A stretch of 64,000 nucleotides of DNA from Trypanosoma brucei. Taxonomy: Eukaryota. The DNA is taken from positions 704,001-768,000 of the forward strand of contig AE017150.2 of NCBI GenBank assembly GCA_000002445.1. The letters are read 5' to 3'. The translations under genes were made by a program, and so were the position numbers. Of this stretch, positions 53,011-64,000 are shown one piece after another (the stretch's first letter is position 1; each line of letters opens with the position of its first letter). Under the pieces are notes generated by a model that saw only the letters and a list, made by a program, of their open reading frames with translations, ran no database searches and was not told where the DNA came from.

Positions 53011-55932
53011 AAATCACACAAACACCACGCACCTGATACGATTCTAGTTGTTGTTGCTTTTTTTTTTGAGTGATAATTCGATATGAGGAACTAAAGAGAG
53101 AAATATCAATGAAGTTTTAAATGGGATGTTTGTAGTTTCCGGTAATATGTGGTCCCTCTCTCACCCTTTTCCCCCGCTGTATGTATGTATGTATGTACGT
53201 GTTTGTGTTTGTCTACATGATTGTGAGAACATTCATTTGAGCATTAACGAACAATGAGAAATGGGGGTAAGGAGAGAATGATAACAACACAAGGGCAGTG
53301 AAATGGCAACACATCTTAAGACGATGTGCATGTGTGTGGTCCAATACCGATGAGGGATTTATATATATATTTTTTTACCGAATACAAAAATATAAACGGA
53401 GGCATATGCATGTGATGAGGTGTACGTATTCCCATATACACCTTATCACATGAAATGGGCAGCTTGTGTGAGCGTGTGAATAGCGGTAATAACTCACTTT
53501 AAGGGAAGTAGAGATGAAGGCAAGAGAAGGCGAAAAATCTGAATTCAACAGACACACGCCTGCATACAGTTAAGCTTGGCACATACATACACACATCGAA
53601 AGTATGACATATGTTTATGTATATATAAATATATATATTTATATTGGCCCCCTATGTATTGAAAACGCACTTCGCACACACACAAACAAACAAAACTCAA
53701 AAAAAAAACAGAAAAAGAAGCATCCGACGCCATAATTGGATAAATACGAAGAAGAAGAAGAAGAAAAAGGAAAACAACATATTCACACACCATTTACATC
53801 ATTTGCATCCCCTTCGTGCTCCGCATCCTCCTTTACGAGCAACACAAAAAAGGAGAGCAAAATATAAAAAAAAATGACCATCGCAATTTCTCTTCCCTTG
53901 TCTTATAATAATAATAATAAAGACTAATTAACTTTTCTCCATCATTCATTTTCTCACGTAACCGTACGAAACAAATCACAAAACCGAAACAACACAATTT
54001 TCCACACGTGGATCGAAAGATCCTTGCGGCCAACGAATACAGAACAACAAAAGTAACAACGCAACCAAAAGACGCTTAAAATAAATAATAATAATAATAA
54101 ATATTTTTGTTTACTTTTTATTTTATTTTTTTTTCGAAGAGAAAGCAAGGAGGAAGTGATAGGGAGAGGGGAGAAGGGAAAGAAAAAAAAACAAACAAAA
54201 CAAACAAACAAACAAACACCTTCTATGGGGTAGGGAAATTTACTAATTACATTATAATAATTTACAATTATAACACGGAATTAATGAAGAAACTTTTGGT
54301 TTTATTAAATACGTTTTTTTTCTTTTTTGCCTTGTTTCCTTCTGTATCCTTTTTTTTCTTTTCTTTTCGTCTTTGTTTTTATCTCTTTCTCTTTCTTTTT
54401 TTTTCCTTTTCTTTATTTGCAGAAGCTGACAATGTTGAGGTGAGGCAGTGTCAAAAAAGAGATGGTTAAAAACAAAAAGAAAAATAAACAAGAAAGGCTT
54501 ACATATTTATAATTTTGCTCCACCATTGGGCTTTCTCCAACCAACAAACAGGGGGGGAAAACAAATGTACATACATCATAAATGCGTATACATTTAGATA
54601 TAAATATAAATATATATATTTATGTTAGTGTGGATGTGGATGTGGGCATGTGTGTATATATGTATATAAATACTTTGTAAATTGAATGGAAAAAAAATTA
54701 GTGGACCAGCGACAAGGTAATAATAGTAATAATAATAATAATAATAATAAACAAAAAAGAAAAAGTGACAACAGTTTGGCAAACGTACAGTCGCGAAGAG
54801 TTTCTCTTACTTCATTTTTGCATATTTTTTTTTATAAAAAAAAAGAGAAGAAAAGAAAAGAAAGAAAAAAAAGACAAAGCAGTAAATGATAGTCGCCGGT
54901 AATAAAAGAGAAAGTTAAGGGTTTGGTGGACATAAAAAAAAAAAGTAAGAAAAAGAGAACTTAAAAATCAACAATAACAACAATAGGACAATTGCCTCAA
55001 ATACAAACAAGAATCACAAAAAAAAAAAGAAGAAGGGAGGATCAGGTAAGGTGGTAAGGAAAACAAATGGGAGGGAAAAGATATATAAAAAAGAAAAAAC
55101 TAAAGACACAAATAAAAACAAAAAAGTAATTAAAAAGTGGAAAAACTGTTTAGATTTTTGCCTACATATAAAAAGAATAGAAAAAGGAAAGCAGAAAGGT
55201 AAAATAATTCACAAAATGGTTTCAACATTACCGTGTGGCTGCTCAAAAAACAGAATAGTCAAACGCTGCTACCCCTTAGGGGTGGTAAATTATATATATA
55301 TATATATATAATGGGGGACTGCATATTTCATCCATTCCTTCTTCTTTAAAACAAAGTCAGAAAAAAAAAAAGAAGATTCATTTGTATCGGGCTGACAACT
55401 TTTCTTTCTTTTTTGTTTCTTCCTCTTCAGAAATTATTGGTGTTGCATCCCTTCTTCTCATGCCTTCTTTTCCCTATTTTTTCCCCTTGTGATTTGCACT
55501 TTTTCCCTTTTTTTTTCTTGATTGGTTGCCAGCAGCTTAGAAGGGGAAGAACATGGTACAAAAGTGTTTAGTTTTTTGTTCATTCGTTCAATAACATAAA
55601 TTTAAATACCGCAAAAAAAAAAACTTCTCTGTGTCTCGAACGGCGTAACGCCGTCTCCTCTTTTTTTTTTAAATTTTTTTCCTTTCATTTCACGCTCCCT
55701 CATTTATTATTATTAATTTTTTTTTTGATTCATCTCCGTCTTTCCGTAAACATTTGAATCGCCCTTCTCCCACGAATACGGAAGTGCCTTTGCTAATTGC
55801 AGCAGCAGCAGCATTTGGAGTGACCTTAAGGTCGACCAGCATATCAACAGAAATAATTTATCAATCAACCAGATACAAAACACAAACAAACACAAACAAA
55901 CACATATATATGTACAAACAAATATGATGGTT

Positions 55933-58900
55933 TTAATCAAGTGCTAGCAACAGTTCATCCGGTTCCTCACCATCGTAAACAACCTCCTCCACAGGATTTT
56001 TCAGCACCGCTCCCGTGGCTAATCGCACATCATTTCCTGATTTGAGCGAGGCGCGGTAGGCATCCATGGCCTCATCTGCTTCAATGCCACATCTAGAACC
56101 AATCCAAATGAAAACACGATGCGATGGAGAACTTCTCCCATCCTGCTCAAACCCACTGCTGGAACGCGGAAGAATAATGACATAAGCGCGCTCTGCTTCC
56201 ATATCGGTGGCATCTATAATATCACGCACAGGGGTTCCAGTAAAAGGGTAAGCGAATATTTCCATTTCATGGCTCACTGGCGTTGTACCCCCAGCCTCAC
56301 GCTCAGCTACTCCTTCATTCTTTTCCTCTTGATAGCTCTCTACTGTATGTTCGATTGGTTCATTGCGACGTGGTTGTAACGACCGATGACTTCCCACCCG
56401 TGCACTCGATGCCGCAAAGCTCCGTCCGGTGGGTTCCCGTGGCGTTGGTGCGCTTTTGCTCTTCCCTACATCCAATTTTCCTAGATCACGTTGTTGCTCC
56501 TTCTCACGAAGACGCTTGTGACCCGACATGGCCTGTTTCTGTTGCTTCACTTCTGCTACATATTTGGTGAAAAGCTCCACCATATCGCTACGCGATAACA
56601 AACTATCCCAGCAGGAGTCATGCACTAACGTAATAGTCAAGCGCCTTAAAGTGCCGCAGCTGGTCTCCCCCCTCTTGTACACATTACTATCAACAGCAGA
56701 TACAACCTCTGCAGGGGTCAGTAAACATTCAACGGGGTGCTGTAGTGGTGGAAGAGGCGTATAAGTTATGCATTCACCTTTATTATTCACCGTGGTCTTT
56801 ACTGCGCCATGGTAAAAGCTATACTTAACAAACTTTTCCCACTCTTCTTTGGCCTGCTGTCCAATGGCAGGAGCACATTCCGGTCCTACGAAAAAATGTG
56901 AAACAGTACATGGCTCTTGTGATCCACCCGGTGTCGGGCAGCCACTTAACAAGAAACCATAGCATAACCGAGGATCCATGGCAAACTCGTCACACTTATC
57001 GTCCAAAACACGCACAGACTGATTCATGATGTGAACGCCCTCTTCACTTCCGTTCTGCTGCTCTTTTTGACGACGGAATACCAACGCCAGACGGTAGGAG
57101 AAGGGAAATAGATAATCGGGATATGGCACGTATGCATATGCCTTGTCAAGGACAGGTCTTGCCAGCTGGTCTTGCCAAAGCAGTAGGCTCACGTAGAAAC
57201 CTGGATTAGGACTGCAAACCGTTCTACGCGCGCGAACGTAATCATACGCCTTTTCATAACATAACCCTTCATACCACATGACATATGCAATAACAAACGA
57301 ACATGACCGTGAAACGCCCTGATGACAGTGAACGAATGTCTTTCCCCCATTAAGGCGTGCCTCCTCAATATATTGGTTCACAACAGGGAATAGCGAGAAG
57401 ATGGGCTCGTCAGGAGAATCGCTCACATTTAGGCGAAGATAGCTGAAGATATCCTCATGGGCGTTTTCAATGGAGAACGCAACGGTGTTCACGACGGACG
57501 TGATACCTTTTGCCAGTAGTTGGGAGCGATCCCTCGCTGCCTCCTCACCTCCCACAAAAAGCCACGGAAGAATTTCCGTCGCTTCCGGTGATAACGCCTT
57601 TAGTTTCTGCAGCTTTTCCTCTGTTATGCGTATTTCGTCGTGCTCAGGATTAATCTGCGAATCATTCAGGCCGCCGTCACCCGCTTGCTGACGCAGTGCC
57701 CCATCCAGTCGAAGGGCGGATATGACGGGGAATCGCGGTGACATGAAGGATGAGCTCTTTGGCGTAAGGCATGGAGATGCTGCAGAGCTCGGTCCACGCT
57801 CACTCCCTACCTGAGAATTAGCAGTCCGGTTGGGAAACCGAGCTGTGAAAGGAAGTGGGCTCTCCTTCACGGCGCCCCCGGCATCGGTAACCGATTGCTT
57901 AGAGCGTATTGTTTCTAAAGGTGGCAGCTTCCTCGCGCTGTTCTCCACATCTGGTCGAGCTCCTGTTATAGGCGGTATCAAACAGTTTGAAAGCTTTGTC
58001 GTAGGGAGTGGTAAGGGATCCCCTTTAAGTTTCTGCTGCTGGTACTGTTCAAATGAATATAACACGGCACCCTCCTGGCGCTTTGACTTTCCGCGAGATG
58101 AATTCTCCTGCGACCTGCCGCCGGTCGGTGTGGTCCCCAGCACTGAAGCAGTTGGCGCCGGCTTTCGAAGCGAGAGCAGCGAACGAAGGATTGCATTTCG
58201 CTGGTATTCCTCTCCCATAAACGATGTGCGGCGTGATGGCCGTCGGCTGCCCACTACGTCACCTATGCTAGCGCACAACGAATCTTCCCTTCCACATGCT
58301 GCAGCTTCTTTCTCACCACGGCTGGGGTTGCAGTTAAAGAATAAACATTGCAAGGTCTCCTTGCTGTTAATAAGAGCTTGCTCCAAGCGTCCTGCGTGGA
58401 CGGCAGCGACTGCAGCAAGAGAAGGATGGGCCCTAACACCGTTGAGTATATAAATGCTATAGTAGTAATTGTAACCATCTCCACATTCCGTACCGCAGCC
58501 TGCGCCACGAGAGAAGAGACGAGCACCAGCATGCGAAAGCGATGCGGGGGGCTTGCCAATATTTGTAGAAAACGGGGTAGCAAGACCTCTAGGCGTGAAC
58601 ACATCCGACAGCACGGAAGCCCACGACGGCGAAACATCGTTCCAGCGCCAGTTCATGTCACAGTCTTTTAACGGATACTCAAGCGTTCGGGGCGTAAACA
58701 TGTTTGGGGATCCCAACGTTGCTTTTCCGGTCGGGGCATTTCGTGGTGAGACAGGTTGTCGTTGCACTTGAACAAGAACATACACCCGTGTATCATCTAG
58801 CTCAATTTTTGCCTGAGAGAGATCCATCGGTAGAGCAGAAACATGCGACGGGTCAAAGCGCGCGGCAGCCCCATTAACTGACGCCGAGGAATCGCGATGA

Positions 58901-59062
58901 CGAAATGTAAAGGCCTTCAGATTGTTTTGAAATTTCGAGAAGTGGTCCACCGCCACAGGCGAGACGTCATATGCGAGGTGCGACTTGGACACCCTTTGAG
59001 GAATAAGGATTATATCATCCAACGTGAAGGGAACCACATCCGTGCATAAGGCAGCACCCATG
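55933..59062 (-). CDS. Large dual-specificity protein phosphatase of about 1043 aa. The catalytic domain is central and the flanking regions are unassigned.
   Basis: The ORF-track start is TTG, and the ATG at 59062 (MGAALCTDVV) is preferred. The catalytic signature 'VHCHQGVSRSCSFVIAYVMW' (HCx5R, with the serine after the arginine) lies in a DSP-like domain context (...EILPWLFVGGEEAARDRSQL...). The active-site cysteine and arginine are intact. Confidence 0.75.
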
Positions 59063-61110
59063 GGGGCCGCAAGCAAGAGGTGTTAAACAAAGTCAATGAC
59101 AATAACAGCGGTTCCCCGCAGTGCCAAATACAGGGATTTTACACCAGTAGTGAAAAGGCACACAACTATGAAGTCACTAGCTGGGGCCAGTCAACAGGGG
59201 ATCGTGTACAAAGAAAACCCTCTTGTACGCGTATACGCCCCCAATGCTAACGTTGCAAGCGTCTGGTTGTCTATCCTCCTCCCTTCCCCAGGTTTCTTTC
59301 AAGCTCCAACAACGCAATTATGTATTTTATCTTATTCACCTACTTCCTTTCTCCCACTTACACCTTTTTCCTGTAACTGTTTTGGTTCGAGCTGCTTGTT
59401 TGCTTGGTACTTCTTTTGTTGTTATTGTTGTTTTGTGCTCGCTTAGATACTCTCTCCGCTTTCCTATTGCTCTTGTAGACTCACACCGAGCAACTGTAAT
59501 TTATGTTTTAAACACACAAAGTAATAATAATAATAATCAATGGTAAGACGCAAGGAAGATGAAGTTAACAGAAAGCAGAAGCACATCAAGTGTAAACGTA
59601 ATAGAAAATGAAGTTCAACAACACACAAATATACATGAGGAAACAAAAAAATAATATAATTGTTTGAAGTGTGGAACCACGGCATATGAAGTGGGGAGAT
59701 AGCAGAACCCCGAACCGGTACTGTCCCCTGTCACACCACCACAGCACCCACATGAAGGTAGTGGAAAGGGTTTTTGTTGTTGATTTTGCTTTTGTTCGAA
59801 GAAAAGGAAAAACATATAATAACAATCATTAGTGAGCGACACGACAGCCATACAAATGCCGAGTAGAATAAATCTAGGTGACAAATTTTCGTCATGCGTC
59901 GGAAACTGAACAAAAAAACGGCATGACACATAGATACACAGATATATGTATGTAAACAGCGTGAAATAATAATGAAGAGCATGGCGAAAATGAAGAAGCA
60001 TAACCGACATCGAGTTGAAGCAGCTTCCAATTTCACATCAAACTTCAAACCCGCAAGTGTATTCATTTTCACCCATCATTCAAATCACTGCCACACACAA
60101 ACACACAAAGGCACTAGGCAAGGGCACATTATCTTCGGGGTGAATAAGAAAAAGAGGATGGTGGAGAGGCATGGTAAAGTGTAATAAATGACGAGGATGG
60201 AGATGAGAATGTGTTACGCTATGAATCGCACAACTATGAAATTACACAACACCAAACAATCGCCGAATGGGTTTGGTATTAAATGCGACATCTCCGCGTC
60301 AACCCTGTAAAAATAACTTCACAAATCATCCTTCAAACAGTCACTTCAACTCCCACCGCGGCTTTTCCCTGCGCGACTCCGCGCCTTCATAATATTCATC
60401 GCAATTAGTCATTGATTCATATTTCTCTCCATTCCCCCATCCACCTAGGAATTCACATATTTTCAGCAACTTGCCTATCAAGTTGGCCAAACAACTTTGC
60501 TCCATTTCTTCCGGTAGACTCTTCAATCAAATCACTGTAACAGGAGTGTTGACTCCCACCAAGTGGAAATATGCGCCTCGCATAAAGGGAAGCAAAAAGT
60601 AAAGAAAAAGCAAAAGACAGGTATGATTTCACTCCCTCAATACATGTGTTTTCCCCTCCTTCGTTACTTTTATAAACGCCTCACATGCCGTATAATTTTT
60701 ACTATACATCAATAGCGCTGTGATTATTTGCTCCATTTTCATTTTTACAAAAAAAAAAGACAAAAAAGTTGCCAAGTGGAGGGGACGGATAGTCATTACT
60801 CCCTGGCTTCTTTTTTTTTTTTTGCCTCAAACAATCACGCCAGCTTCAAACACAGTATACATCAATACGCTACCGAATACCCGCCTGAAAAACTTTTATA
60901 CTGCATAACCACACACGTACACATACCCAGTGGTATGGTCATAGGCAGAAGTCAAAGAAGTTACTGAAGTTCAATTAAGTGTGTACGCGCTCCCCCTCCC
61001 CCCATATACAAAATGGGAACTACAACGCAAATACGGTCACTGTAGCAGTGCAACAACTTTTTTTTTAAATAAAAAAATATAAAAAAACCATCACACCCAA
61101 CTTTTGTGTT

Positions 61111-63399
61111 TCAATCATCTTCATCACAGGGTGCCACGTAGTTGATTGGGAACAACCCTGTGCGCTGGTTGCACACACCTTTCAACCAACCCTCTTCCTG
61201 AGCACGACTTACGCACACAATCACTTCCCCTTCATCAAACGTTAGCTCATCTGGTGCTCGCGCCTTGTATGGATACAAAGCGCGCAATGAACGTCCCTCG
61301 ACCCGCAGCACATCGTTTATGCCAAGCTGAACACCATGTGAGGCAGTACTTGCATCACCGCCAACTCCATCACCCATTTCTTCAAGTGAATTTCTGCGAG
61401 ATGAAACTAGATGAGACGGTTTAGCAGACAGTGTAGCAGCTGCACGATCAGGCTCCTCACCGCCAGCGCCATGTGTGCCAGGAACCTTTTGATGTCCTGG
61501 AAGGGGATGCGTTACTGCCTTGGGGTACGATGCCGATGGGGAACCTGCGGAAGGTGTGTCGTTGAGCCGACGATCTAAAAGAGCACCCACCTGACGCTGC
61601 AGTGGAGTTCGGTATTTGGCCTCAAGCATAGGAAGTTGAGTACGTCTGTAGGAGGCACGTTCGCTGTTCTCCTGCTCAATAGCAGCACGGATCTGTAAAA
61701 GTGTCTTTTCCTCTTCGACTTTCACCTTCTCATCAAACGTTGTAGACGGTGTTACCTTCTCACGGTAATCCAGAATAGTGGAGTGACGGTTCAAATTAAC
61801 CTTCTTCGCTATTTCGCTCGGGTGAACGTACTCTACGCCCGCAAAGCGGAGCGAGGAGAGTGTGGGCTCGATGTCCTCACTCGCTTTATCTAAATTCGCA
61901 CGAATAGCCACAATTTGATGCCCTAGTTCCCTTCGTTTTAGCAGCAGTATTTTGTTTGCCTCGACGTACTTCTTAGCATTGACATCTAAGGATTCAGTAT
62001 GTAGTTCCTTCTTTATTTCGTTGTCCCGTATCTCCTCATCCAATTGCATCAGGCGCCGCTCCTTGCGATAGAGGTACCGACTTGCGGCGAGGTAATAATC
62101 CGAGTAGCGTTTGAAGTGATGGCTCTGTATCGCACGAAGCATCTCACTGAATGTGTTCTGCCGCTTGTCGACCTTGGATGCGATAGTGTCACAACCATCA
62201 AGAACAAAGTTATTCAATGATGTGGCGAGATCCTTAGCCTTTATTGCATTAGTAACAATATTCTGCAACTTCTGAGCATGTTCCGATACCGCTTTGAGAA
62301 ACGACTCGTGGCCGCTTCGACGTCCAGCCTCTCGCTCTTCCATCTGAAGTCGCCGTTCAATTTCTTTACGGCGCTTCTGTGCCAGCTTCGAAAGCTCGAC
62401 TTGGCACTGCTGCATTTCCCTAGCCAGTTCGAACATACGATTCCACACACCCTGCTGCTGCTCCCTATTTTTCTGAAGAAATTCGTCAGACAGACCACGA
62501 TCCGTTTCGTAACGTTTACGTTGATGTGTATCATCGTTGTTGTAATTCTCAATCTGTTCCTTTATCTTTAAAAGATCTTCTTCGCATGCTTCGATTTGTC
62601 TGTTTTTTCCTTCAATCACCGCTGTGATATCTTTATCAGCCATACGAAATATGGCCCAGCGCTGTCGCCTATCATTCACGCGAGATTCGACGTAATGATT
62701 TGTAATGATGGGATATTGATCGGTAATAAGCTGGAGAATGCGTTCGTATATCTTAAGCTGCCTCTCGGAAATCTCCTCCGCTAGAGCCATTTCACCGTTG
62801 GAAATACTCGCTTCAAGCAGTTGCTCACATTTGTCAACATCAGGGGAAAGAACTTCAATGGTATTTTGAAACTCGGCGAGCGAGCCCAGCAAACTGCGCG
62901 CATTGCTGCCCTCGCGTAGTTTAACTCGGAGGGCATTTGAAATGAACCCCAACTCACGCGGCTCAAACACAACACTACTAAGCTCGGCTTCGCACTGTTC
63001 AATAAAGCGTTTCTGCTTCGGGGTGATGAAGGGTTGCGTTTTGAGCAGTTGAAGAGAAGAAACTGCGTGAACCACTTCGGGGATAGTCGCATGCTGTTCC
63101 GTGTCCGCACCTGAAGAGGATATGTTCTTTACATCCAAGTGTAAGTTGCAGTGTTTAATAACTGTCTTGCTACACCAGTAATTACCAGACTCTACCGAAA
63201 TGTTCTGCTGAAGTTCAGCTAATTTTTGATCACAGATCTCAAACTGCAGGTCAAGTTCCGTAATAGTGGATTCAAGCCAGGAGATAACCTTCTCGTGAAA
63301 CGCCTCATCGGAGAGAATGTCCTTCAGTTTATCCTCCTCTTGTATATAAATGTGCTTGTTCCTCTGAAAGAGGGTAGTTGATTGAGCTGATTGCGTCAT
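61111..63399 (-). CDS. Coiled-coil protein of 762 aa with a C-terminal SH3 domain. It may be a paraflagellar-rod component of the PFR5 type.
   Basis: ATG confirmed at 63399. Most of the protein is predicted alpha-helical/coiled coil. The last roughly 60 aa, 'ALYPYKARAPDELTFDEGEVIVCVSRAQEEGWLKGVCNQRTGLFPINYVAPCDEDD', show the SH3 hallmarks ALYPY, DELTF, W-x-G and NYV. The paraflagellar-rod assignment rests only on my recollection that a trypanosome PFR protein on chr2 carries a C-terminal SH3. Confidence 0.7.
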   Translation of the reverse strand: MTQSAQSTTLFQRNKHIYIQEEDKLKDILSDEAFHEKVISWLESTITELDLQFEICDQKLAELQQNISVESGNYWCSKTVIKHCNLHLDVKNISSSGADTEQHATIPEVVHAVSSLQLLKTQPFITPKQKRFIEQCEAELSSVVFEPRELGFISNALRVKLREGSNARSLLGSLAEFQNTIEVLSPDVDKCEQLLEASISNGEMALAEEISERQLKIYERILQLITDQYPIITNHYVESRVNDRRQRWAIFRMADKDITAVIEGKNRQIEACEEDLLKIKEQIENYNNDDTHQRKRYETDRGLSDEFLQKNREQQQGVWNRMFELAREMQQCQVELSKLAQKRRKEIERRLQMEEREAGRRSGHESFLKAVSEHAQKLQNIVTNAIKAKDLATSLNNFVLDGCDTIASKVDKRQNTFSEMLRAIQSHHFKRYSDYYLAASRYLYRKERRLMQLDEEIRDNEIKKELHTESLDVNAKKYVEANKILLLKRRELGHQIVAIRANLDKASEDIEPTLSSLRFAGVEYVHPSEIAKKVNLNRHSTILDYREKVTPSTTFDEKVKVEEEKTLLQIRAAIEQENSERASYRRTQLPMLEAKYRTPLQRQVGALLDRRLNDTPSAGSPSASYPKAVTHPLPGHQKVPGTHGAGGEEPDRAAATLSAKPSHLVSSRRNSLEEMGDGVGGDASTASHGVQLGINDVLRVEGRSLRALYPYKARAPDELTFDEGEVIVCVSRAQEEGWLKGVCNQRTGLFPINYVAPCDEDD

Positions 63400-64000
63400 T
63401 TACCTGTTAGACTCTCTGTGCCTGTTGTTCTCTTTTCCTTCTGCCTTAATTTATTAGTAATATCTAATCCAAACGTATTTGATACACCCACTTGCTTCTA
63501 ACTATGACTTTTTCCCACCCCTTATATTGATTGTTCCCTTTTTCCTCTTCTTGTCTCTACTCTATTTCTTTTCTCATTGGAGTGAATAAACAGTATTTGA
63601 ATTATTTAAAAAAAACGTGTTCGAGGAGAGAAAAGTAGGGTAGTAGTTCCTTTTTGTTTTTTTTCCACCGTATGAAGAGTGAACAGAGTAAAAAAAAACC
63701 TGACACCAATAATGCACATGCACAAAACGGAGATAGGTACAACTTAACTGAATGCATCCTCTCGGTATATACATGCTTGTGTGAATTTTACTGTGTGAAC
63801 ACTAACAAGTTGCAAAAACGAAAGTAAACAAACAAAAAAATGACGAAACGTGGGTAGCAAGCAAAAGTTAAAATTACTGAGCGGCTAAGTCGCGAAATGA
63901 TGTCATCTTGAAAGCAGGGATCGCTCCCACTTGTTCACTTTCGTATGCTCCCCGCCATTAATAAGAGCGCCGAGTACTGTATCACTTAGATCGTTGAATG

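Noticed and set aside
440-59076. N-terminal extensions of several ORF-track proteins that start with 'M', for example at 3124, 5433, 10594, 15524, 20942, 26310, 38724 and 59076.
   Set aside because: Checking the nucleotides shows these first codons are TTG or GTG, which the ORF track translates as M. In a eukaryotic nuclear genome I moved each start to the first in-frame ATG. The prokaryote-style alternative starts are artefacts of the ORF caller.
1-64000. Looked for prokaryotic features: CRISPR arrays, operon promoters and terminators, IS elements, rRNA genes.
   Set aside because: The sequence is eukaryotic (kinetoplastid). No direct-repeat/spacer arrays, inverted-repeat-flanked transposase genes or rRNA-like segments were seen. 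The only repeats are the two coding tandem arrays and simple microsatellites.

Overview
This window reads as nuclear DNA from a kinetoplastid, not a prokaryote. The gene content and order most resemble the Trypanosoma brucei chromosome 2 region around the glycosomal PEPCK gene. That placement comes from memory and has not been checked against a database.

All 16 convincing protein-coding genes lie on the minus strand. This fits a single unidirectional polycistronic transcription unit: no introns, no strand-switch region, and intergenic purine-rich tracts on the + strand that are polypyrimidine tracts on the coding strand, upstream of each ATG.

Recognisable products:
- glycosomal PEPCK with a C-terminal SRL (PTS1) signal
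- a 3647-aa coiled-coil protein built around about 17 near-identical 432-bp (144-aa) tandem repeats, consistent with the lamin-like nucleoskeletal protein NUP-1
- a YchF/OLA1-type Obg-like ATPase
- a LAMMER/CLK-like CMGC protein kinase with a long low-complexity tail
- a large dual-specificity phosphatase with an HCxxGxxRS motif
- an enoyl-CoA hydratase / 3-hydroxyacyl-CoA dehydrogenase bifunctional enzyme
- an inactive alpha-type M16 peptidase (mitochondrial processing peptidase alpha)
- an SR-beta-like small GTPase with an N-terminal membrane anchor
- a ThiF/E1-like protein similar to APP-BP1/ULA1
- a WD40 protein resembling a dynein intermediate chain
- a protein with three CCHC zinc knuckles
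- a coiled-coil protein ending in an SH3 domain
- an acidic protein carrying about 33 tandem 54-bp (18-aa) repeats followed by a canonical LIM-type zinc finger
- several hypothetical proteins

Many ORF-track N-termini begin at TTG or GTG codons that the track translates as M. I moved those starts to the first in-frame ATG. The tandem repeats also generate long spurious ORFs in other frames.

I see no mobile elements, CRISPR arrays, rRNA genes or convincing tRNA genes. Other notable features are unusually long intergenic/UTR stretches (about 3.6 kb, 2.9 kb and 2.0 kb) downstream of the kinase, phosphatase and SH3 genes, and several microsatellites and homopolymer tracts. Nothing here looks like a novel multi-gene system. 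The two repeat-containing proteins and the long regulatory regions are the parts most worth a second look.
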